Assembly: GCA_964016885.1 (NCBI GenBank)
Contig: OZ024745.1
Coordinates: 96,906,001-96,970,000 of the forward strand
Source of the DNA: Eledone cirrhosa
Taxonomy: Eukaryota
Direction of reading: 5' to 3'
Length of the DNA stretch: 64,000 bases
Positions 55,497-64,000 of this stretch are shown one piece after another (positions within the stretch are counted from its first letter, which is position 1; the number at the start of each line of letters is the position of its first letter). The notes beneath the pieces were generated by a model that saw nothing but the letters and a program-made list of their open reading frames with translations, made no database searches and was not told where the DNA came from. The translations under genes and the position numbers were made by a program.

Positions 55497-55611
55497 TTAA
55501 TCTGTTACTTTAATAAATAAATATATATATGTGTGGGGGGGGGGGGCGTGTGTTTTTATACATATATGTATATGATATATGTATATGATATATGTATATA
55601 TATATATATAT

Positions 55612-55696
55612 AAGTTTTAATATAGATGAGATTCCTGATGATTTCTAAAGAATGAAACAGTTCTAGTCTTGTAGAATCTCATCTATATTAAAACTT
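55612..55696 (+). ncRNA. Type I hammerhead with a 23-bp perfect stem I, in a ~155-bp TA-flanked mini-element
   Basis: aaguuuuaauauagaugagauuc-CUGAUGA-uUUC(uaaa)GAAu-GAAA-CA...UG-UA-gaaucucaucuauauuaaaacuu. Confidence 0.8.
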
Positions 55697-55764
55697 TTAT
55701 ACTCTGCTATGTATTGAGTACCTTACTTACTGTGGTTACCTCCGATTCAACCCGGAATAACGTA

Positions 55765-55825
<61 letters not shown>

Positions 55826-55841
55826 TATAAATATATGTATA

Positions 55842-55899
<58 letters not shown>

Positions 55900-55957
55900 C
55901 TTATACATATATATATATGTGGGTGTGGGTGTGTATAATACACCGCACGAAATACTC

Positions 55958-56030
55958 ATGATGGTGATGACGGCGTTGATAATGATGACAAAGTTGGTGG
56001 TGATAACAATGACAATGATGATGAGGATGG

Positions 56031-56070
<40 letters not shown>

Positions 56071-56321
56071 CAAAATAAAGATAATGATGAAGATGATAAT
56101 GATGATGTTGATGATGATGATGATGATGATGATGATACTGATGATGATGATGATGATGATGATGATGGTGATGATGATCAAAATAAAGATAATGATGAAG
56201 ATGATAATGATGATGTTGATGATGATGATGATGATGATGATGATACTGATGATGATGATGATGATGATGATGGTGATGATGATCAAAATAAAGATAATGA
56301 TGAAGATGATAATGATGATGT

Positions 56322-56352
<31 letters not shown>

Positions 56353-56354
56353 AC

Positions 56355-56400
<46 letters not shown>

Positions 56401-56415
56401 GATGATGATGATGAA
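55958..56415. repeat. (GAT)n microsatellite with a ~105-108-bp higher-order unit
   Basis: caaaataaagataatgatgaag recurs at 56071, 56179 and 56284. Confidence 0.95.
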
Positions 56416-56554
56416 GAATTCATCAAACCCCGAAGAATTACACGAAATGGTACAAGAAGAATTACAATAAACATTAAAACAAAGAGAGGGATGAGTGAAA
56501 GCAGGTAGGAGGAGGAAGTGGAGTGTGAGGATGAGGAGGCAGGAGAAGCCCGAA

Positions 56555-56568
56555 TGAGTAGAAGTATC

Positions 56569-56662
<94 letters not shown>

Positions 56663-56802
56663 GTTGTGGTGCTGGTAAGAAGAAGAAGATTAAAGAAGAA
56701 GAAGAAAAAGAAGAAGAAGAAAGAAGAGGAAAGAAGAAGAAGAAGAAGAAGAAGAAGAAGAAGAAGAAGAAGAAGAAGAAGAAGAAGAAGAAGAAGAAGA
56801 AG
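56555..56802. repeat. (AGT)n followed by (AAG)n
   Basis: Seen directly. Confidence 0.95.
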
Positions 56803-57054
56803 GCAACTGGCTGTTGGAAGAAATAACTAAGATGAAAGGAACCAATTTTAGTTGGGAAATTCAAACAATAACCACGGAAGAAATTGTAAAGAAATAAACC
56901 TATTATTGTTATTGATGATGTGCTACATGGTGATACATGTGGATAACATAGTATGTAATATCATTTATGGGAGTTTTAATATGTAACTATAACCATCAAA
57001 CACTCACACACATTCGTGTACATATATATATATATTATATATGTGTATATATTA

Positions 57055-57132
<78 letters not shown>

Positions 57133-57163
57133 CGAAACATAAGTCAATTGTATGAACACATAA

Positions 57164-57171
57164 TCTATATA

Positions 57172-57266
<95 letters not shown>

Positions 57267-58143
57267 TATAAAACTGAGGATGTCTGTCTGTGTGAATCCC
57301 TAAATCTAGAGAACCACCCAACCGACTGTTTTCAAACTTTACACATGTAATACTTATGTTTCAGGGACTGTTCTGAGCAAAAGAATTTTCAAATTTTCAA
57401 TGCACTATTAGGTGATTTAGCGATCTCTCTCTATAATTCTTAGTCTTTCTCTTTTTAGATAGATACATAGATATAACGTCGCGCCCTTATAATATATGTC
57501 TGTATGTCTGGCTGTCTGCATTACGTCACTTCCCTGAGGATGTCTGTCTGTGTGTGTGAGTTTGAATCCCTAAAACTCTAGAAGTACCCAACCGACTTTT
57601 TTCAAACTTTACATGTGTATTACTTATGTGTTATGCACATAAAATTCAATTTTTTGATCTCCTAGGGCCCGCAATAGGTGAAAAACTGCGTTTTTTTTCA
57701 GGTTTTTAGGCTTATTTGAGGCCTTACGTCAGATCGATTTCCTTGAAATTGTAACTATGTATTAGTCAGTCTCTTCTTCATACCGTGAGCAAAGAAAATC
57801 CAACTTTTTCATGGCCTAGGGCCAGCATTAGGTATAAAAATTCATTTTTTCAGCTTCTTAGGGCTTTTTGGAGTCGTTACGACTAGCTGTTTTTCCCAAA
57901 ATTTCAAGGCATATTATGCACATAAAAAAAATTATTTTCTTGATCCCCTAGGGCTCGCATTAGGTGAAAACCTGCATTTTTCCTGCTTCATCGAGGAAAA
58001 TCTTAAAGATTATCCAGCCCCCAGACTATTCCGTTTATTTTCTTTACATATTGTCCAGGCATGCAGTTTTTCCACGATTAGGTCTGTTGGCGGCCCGCGT
58101 TCCAAAGTATCTTATCCCGTGCAACGCCGGGTACTACTGCTAG
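57164..58143 (+). mobile_element. Non-autonomous Helitron-like element
   Basis: A|TC-(TA)n start; cccgtgcaacgccggg hairpin and CTAG|T end. Confidence 0.78.
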
Positions 58144-58270
58144 TATATAATATATATGTATATATATATATGTATATATATATGTATATGTATATATATA
58201 AATGTGTATATATATATATATATATACATGTATATCTATATTTGTGTATATATATATATATATGTATATA

Positions 58271-58356
<86 letters not shown>

Positions 58357-58679
58357 TGAATGTATGTGTGTATATATATATGTATATATATATATCGCTC
58401 ATGAAATCCACCCAGATTAAGCTGACCGGATAACCATGCTGCTTGTTTTTTCCTATCTTTGCGTTGCTATCAATCCTTCTTGTTTGTTTACTTGTCTCGC
58501 CCGCTTTACGCGATTTACTTGTCCCAATAGCTTTATTTAGCTATTGCTCGCACCAACCGGAGGTATATGATTTTTTAAGCGATGAAATACCAATGAAGGT
58601 TGGAAAATCACTGACGAAGGACTATTTTTATCAAATGTAACCCATGTGCAACCACGCAGTATTCTTTCTTCTCATGTTT

Positions 58680-58855
<176 letters not shown>

Positions 58856-58951
58856 TGTGTGTGTGTGTTTATGTGTGTGTTTATGTGTGTATATATATAT
58901 ATATATATCAAAATGAAAATCCGAAGGCAAGGTAAAATTCCAATCATTTAA

Positions 58952-59025
58952 TCACGACACATGTTTCAATAAGAGATAGATCGATTGTGAAGCCATGATC
59001 GATTATCACTGATCTCATCAGGTGA
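58952..59025 (-). ncRNA. Type I hammerhead, extended stem II
   Basis: Inverted copy of 60522-60595; inner helix gaua-aucgau/aucgau-c-uauc. Confidence 0.75.
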
Positions 59026-60521
59026 AAATGAATTGTCTTCAAATTCTTGGTATGAGGGATTTTTGGAAGGTAACCGACCACTAACTCCTCCCTCTCTACT
59101 TTAGTCATAGAGTTCTCTCAATAAACAGACAGTCACACACTCAGGTAGTTAGACGGCTAAGATTGTTTGCGCACTTACAAACGATACTCGGCCTGTTTCC
59201 ACGGAGTTCTCACAGCTGAGTGCACTTTTTTAGAATACCAAGCTAGTAAATAGTTAGATTGATTGCACACTTAGTATACCTAGTTAGTAATTGATTGCAC
59301 ACTCAGACATGACCGATTACGCGCACCTACCTTTACTTTAAGATACCCTAACCATTGAGTTCTCTCAGTTGGGATATAGCTAGTCGTATTACACACTTAG
59401 TTAGGACTGATTACGCTCTCTATACATAACTCTACACACAGTACCCGTTCCCTTTAGACATTGAGCTCCCACAATTACGACTGTCACGTTCCTACCGACT
59501 GAACACTACACTAGGTTTTTCTCCGTGATCATCTAACCATGGAGGACTCACTGTTACGGATTGAACAATAATACTGATACACCATTAATGGGCCTACACG
59601 CATCCTTTGGATTTTACTATCCTGTGTTTTTTTACTTCACCTTCTGCGTTGGATAACACACTTCCACCACTCAAACAACTATCTTAAAAGCTCATTGGCC
59701 CATGTGACTGGAAATCGCACTTACGGACGCATTTACCCAATACCCAACCCTACACGGAGCCCTTTGCTGGCCTACATTGCGGTTGCTTGCACGCACGGAT
59801 TTGGTGACTCGGATTCTCAATGGGACAGCGGTACATACTGAGTTCAATATGAGCTGATTGCTTGCTCTTCACATGGATGTGTATATACCCGGACATACCC
59901 TTTTTTTTTACGATTCGGTTGTGTATATACACTTGAAGATATGGATGTTACAATTCAATCTATACACGTATAGCAGAACACTGAACTGAACTTACTTGCT
60001 TGTGTGTGTGTGTGTGTGTGGTTAACCCAATATTTCAAATTTACATCGTCAAATTGAGATTTGACCAATATAGCTTCTGTTGTTTTGTGAACTAATTTTC
60101 GGTGAGTGCTGTGTTGGTACATTCTTATATTTGTTTTCTTATATTTGTTTTTTCTCGGACATCGCTTTGGTGTGTGTGAGAGTGTGTGTGTACCCACCCA
60201 CACTAACTCTACAGGTTTAATACTGTGTTGATGTGTGTATATATATGTATATACTTTTCTTTGACCTCGACCCGGTGTATATGGGTGTGGAATCTGTGTG
60301 TACCCACTCACATTAACTGTGACTGACTGTATCCCTACAGATTTGATTGATGTCCAGCGTCTTTTGCAGCGATAGATATCTGAAAACTTTTATGACCTCA
60401 ACTGAAGTTAATAGCAGTCGCCGTGTCTATGACTGGTGTGTCTTCATATGAGGGAATGAATTCTGTGAGAGAACATCGTTATTTTTCTCCCTCATATCAA
60501 GAATTTGAAGACAATTCATTT

Positions 60522-60595
60522 TCACCTGATGAGATCAATGATAATCTATCATGGCTTCACAATCGATCTATCTCTTATTGAAACATGTGTCGTGA
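60522..60595 (+). ncRNA. Type I hammerhead, extended stem II
   Basis: ucac-CUGAUGA-GAU...AUU-GAAA-CAUGUG-UC-guga. Confidence 0.75.
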
Positions 60596-60778
60596 TTAAA
60601 TGATTGGAATTTTACCTTGCCTTCGGATTTTCATTTTGATACTTATACTCCGTTTTACATCATCTAGCTGTTCCCTTGAATGGAATTGGAGATATACAAA
60701 AGCGTGGAGAACTTAATATTGCTAACATTAAGTTATTGGACCATTTTACACAACCAATAATGCACCTTACTATATAAC

Positions 60779-60856
<78 letters not shown>

Positions 60857-60884
60857 ATGCATGTATCATACATCAATTCATGTA

Positions 60885-60946
60885 TTTTATCTGACGAGGA
60901 CGTACTGAAAAAACAGCACAGTACCTTCGAAATATATGTAATAAAA
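60885..60946 (+). ncRNA. Type I hammerhead
   Basis: uuuuau-CUGACGA-GGAcGUACUG(loop)CAGUACcUUC-GAAA-UAUAUG-UA-auaaaa. Confidence 0.82.
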
Positions 60947-61278
60947 CATATATTTTGATTATGTGAATGTCTACATTTATTAATATTCTGAATAATATTA
61001 ATAACTCCAGAAAACTTCACTGTAGAGTGCTTTTAATCTATTGTAAATCTATATTCATTGAGTAATAAATGAACCATATTAATCTTTTGTTATATATATA
61101 TATATAGAAATATAATACATACATATAATATATTATATTTTTTTTTATTACATATGCAATAGAATGCTAATAAAAAGTTTGAACATGAGCATTTCAGAAA
61201 CAGATATCTATATAAACATCTACTAATACACACACATATATATATACATGGAAATAGAATTTATACATACGTATATAC

Positions 61279-61410
<132 letters not shown>

Positions 61411-61735
61411 CACACACACACATTCGTATGTATATATATATAAAAACAAATAACGAAACGAAATTAAATTTCGTTTCGTTTGTAACTCACTTTTGTATGA
61501 CTGACGCTTAAACAATTAAATTAAAGATGTACATCCATATATGTATACTGAAATACTAGTATGTATATGAATACACACACGTATACATATGTAGATGTAC
61601 CAAGTTTTTTCACTGGTCACTTTACTGTGAGTGGCCAGCTATTCTGTATGTAAACACACAGACAAACCGGTTTTTAGAGTCATACTGGTTTTTGAGGAAA
61701 CACCTTTCCTCTATTCTCCAGAAAGCCAGACAAGG

Positions 61736-61780
61736 AATATTGAACTAGTTTCGTTGTTGTTACAACTCATCAGCAATATT
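61736..61780 (-). ncRNA. Minimal type I hammerhead
   Basis: Same sequence as 4141-4185. Confidence 0.85.
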
Positions 61781-62202
61781 TACCTATCTTCCGGCCTCTC
61801 TAGAGAATCGTAAAAGCACATATCGTTATATGCTTTTTCTATGAAAATTAGTAGTGGGCAGACTAATTTGCATAGAGTGTGAGTAAGTACCGGTTCAACG
61901 AAGACGATAAAAACAAATAACGAAACGAAATTAAATTTCGTTTCGTTTGTAACTCACTTTTGTATGACTGACGCTTAAACAATTAAGTTAAAGATGTACA
62001 TCCATATATGTATACTGAAATACTAGTATGTATATGAATACACACACGTATACATATGTAGATGTACCAAGTTTTTTCACTGGTCACTTTACTGTGAGTG
62101 GCCAGCTATTCTGTATGTAAACACACAGACAAACCGGTTTTTAGAGTCATACTGGTTTTTGAGGAAACACCTTTCCTCTATTCTCCAGAAAGCCAGACAA
62201 GG

Positions 62203-62247
62203 AATATTGAACTAGTTTCGTTGTTGTTACAACTCATCAGCAATATT
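62203..62247 (-). ncRNA. Minimal type I hammerhead
   Basis: Same sequence, 467 bp from the previous copy. Confidence 0.85.
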
Positions 62248-62420
62248 TACCTATCTTCCGGCCTCTCTAGAGAATCGTAAAAGCACATATCGTTATATGC
62301 TTTTTCTATGAAAATTAGTAGTGGGCAGACTAATTTGCATAGAGTGTGAGTAAGTACCGGTTCAACTTAATTATATATATATATTTATATATATATATAT
62401 GTATATACATATATATATAC

Positions 62421-62527
<107 letters not shown>

Positions 62528-62874
62528 CTCGCTCGTTCCCCCTATTTACGTATCCCAACGACTTTCTTTAGCCGTTGCTCGCACTAACCAGAGGTATATG
62601 GTCTTTAAAGCGATGAAATACCAATGAAGGCTGGAAGATCACTGATGAAGGGCTAAATTTATTCATATGTAACCCATATGCAGCCACGCAGCACGCCATG
62701 TTTTCATATTTTTCATATATATATTTTCCTCCGCTGTGGCCCGTCTGTTTCTTTCCCACTGCTTCCCCTTTTCTCTGTATCTCTCACTTCCTTTTACCCC
62801 CTCTACCAGTCACTCTCTCTGTTAGCCTCTTCCTCACACTTTCACTCACTCCCTCTCTGCTACTCCCTCTCCTA

Positions 62875-63308
62875 CTTCCTCCCGTTTGATCTGTGCGAGA
62901 TTCTTTCCTTACTCACATTTCGACCAGGTCGGATGGTCTTTATTCCCTCTCGTCTACGATTTCACAGAACTTATATTCATCGATTTCAGGGACTTGACTC
63001 CTTCTTCCTCCCGTTTGACCTGTGCGAAATTCTTTCCTTACTCACATTTCGACCAGGTCGGATGGTCTTTATTCTCTCTCGTCTACGATTTCACAGAACT
63101 TATATTCATCGATTTCAGGGACTTGACTCCTTCTTCCTCCCGTTTGACCTGTGCGAAATTCTTTCCTTACTCACATTTCGACCAGGTCGGATGGTCTTTA
63201 TTCTCTCTCGTCTACGATTTCACAGAACTTATATTCATCGATTTCAGGGACTTGACTCCTTCTTCCACCCGTTTGACCTGTGCGAAATTCTTTCCTTACT
63301 CACATTTC
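62875..63308. repeat. 129-bp tandem repeat, ~3.4 copies
   Basis: (c)ccgtttga recurs at 62881, 63010, 63139 and 63268. Confidence 0.95.
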
Positions 63309-63316
63309 TGAAACTT

Positions 63317-63367
63317 AGTTTCAGAAGATCCCGTTAAGGATGAAAGCAGCGATTCTTTGCTTAAAAT
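63317..63367 (+). ncRNA. Hammerhead-like motif, core CAGAAGA, in a solo PLE3-family pLTR (63316-63480)
   Basis: Third copy of the motif; the flank matches the reverse complement of 52290-52461. Confidence 0.55.
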
Positions 63368-63474
63368 TTAATCTGTTATTTTAATAAATATTTGCTCTAC
63401 GGTTCTTATATATCTGATATATATTTATCCTTATCAAGCCATCTTTGGATGTTAGTCTTCAAATGTATTATTAT

Positions 63475-63525
<51 letters not shown>

Positions 63526-64000
63526 CACTTGGGGAGGGTCATATTGTTGTAATAATATTGCCAGAAATAATAACAGAACACACTCACTGTTTGGTTGGTT
63601 TTCGCTTCTGTATCTTTTATATCTCCACAGTTAATTCATTCGGTCCTCAATGTTTACCATTGACTGACCAACGGTCAAGCACACCTGCAACATCATCAGT
63701 GGTACTATTATTTCCCTCCTGTTGTATTGTATATCTACGCCATTTTTACTTTATCTGTTTATTTATTTATTTATTTTTGTCTTTTCTGCGCATGCCTTCG
63801 CGTGTGTGTATAGTGTTTGGTGTGTGTTCGCGTTTGGGTGACTGTGTTTTGGTTATTGTATTCTATCTTAGTTTACTAGTGTGTATTTATATGTGTTTGT
63901 TGTTATTGTGCTTTATTTATTTATTTATTTATTTATATTTCTCTTAGGTCAGTATTGTTTGTTTGTGTGTTGTTATTCCATTCATTTTTTCTGTTTAGCT

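Larger units (their letters stand above)
52290..55520 (+). mobile_element. Penelope-like element 3 (Naiad-like) with a short inverted pseudo-LTR at its 5' end
   Basis: 52388-52466 is the reverse complement of 55440-55520; RT plus GIY-YIG lies between; TA-rich flanks. Confidence 0.9.
58907..60780 (+). mobile_element. Non-coding PLE-type element with 153-bp inverted repeats (58907-59059 / 60488-60640) and a 3' tail
   Basis: Arms are reverse complements with few mismatches; each carries a hammerhead; (TA)n flanks. Confidence 0.85.
61440..62366 (-). mobile_element. Tandem dimer of a 467-bp non-coding HHR unit (retrozyme-like)
   Basis: Two near-identical head-to-tail copies between (CA)n/(TA)n tracts. 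Confidence 0.92.

Noticed and set aside
62678-63337. 219-aa ORF with a 43-aa repeat
   Set aside because: Product of the 129-bp tandem plus pyrimidine-rich TE sequence; no domain recognised.

Overview
AT-rich, microsatellite-saturated eukaryotic DNA that is almost entirely repeat-derived. An octopod cephalopod is the likely source; this is inferred from the SINE families and the (TA)n/(CA)n/(AAT)n density, not verified. Contents: one intact RTE LINE (1044-aa ORF) inside a (TA)n tract; three Penelope-like elements (PLEs; RT with YRDD plus GIY-YIG, Naiad-like), one of whose coding remnants is absent from the ORF track; two Tx1/L1-clade LINEs in head-to-tail tandem, each bounded by (AAT)n; two non-autonomous Helitron-like copies; many tRNA-derived SINEs; a 57-bp minisatellite; several decayed LINE and transposase fragments; and one candidate host exon. 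The main unexplained layer is a dense set of type I hammerhead ribozyme (HHR) folds, about 19 complete or nearly complete copies in at least 8 sequence families. They lie in PLE pseudo-LTRs and in short non-coding derivatives wedged into (TA)n tracts. They include a 467-bp tandem retrozyme-like unit and repeated non-canonical cores (CCGAnGA, CAGAAGA), the CCGAnGA ones with very long stem II. All folds and identities were read by eye; none was computed.
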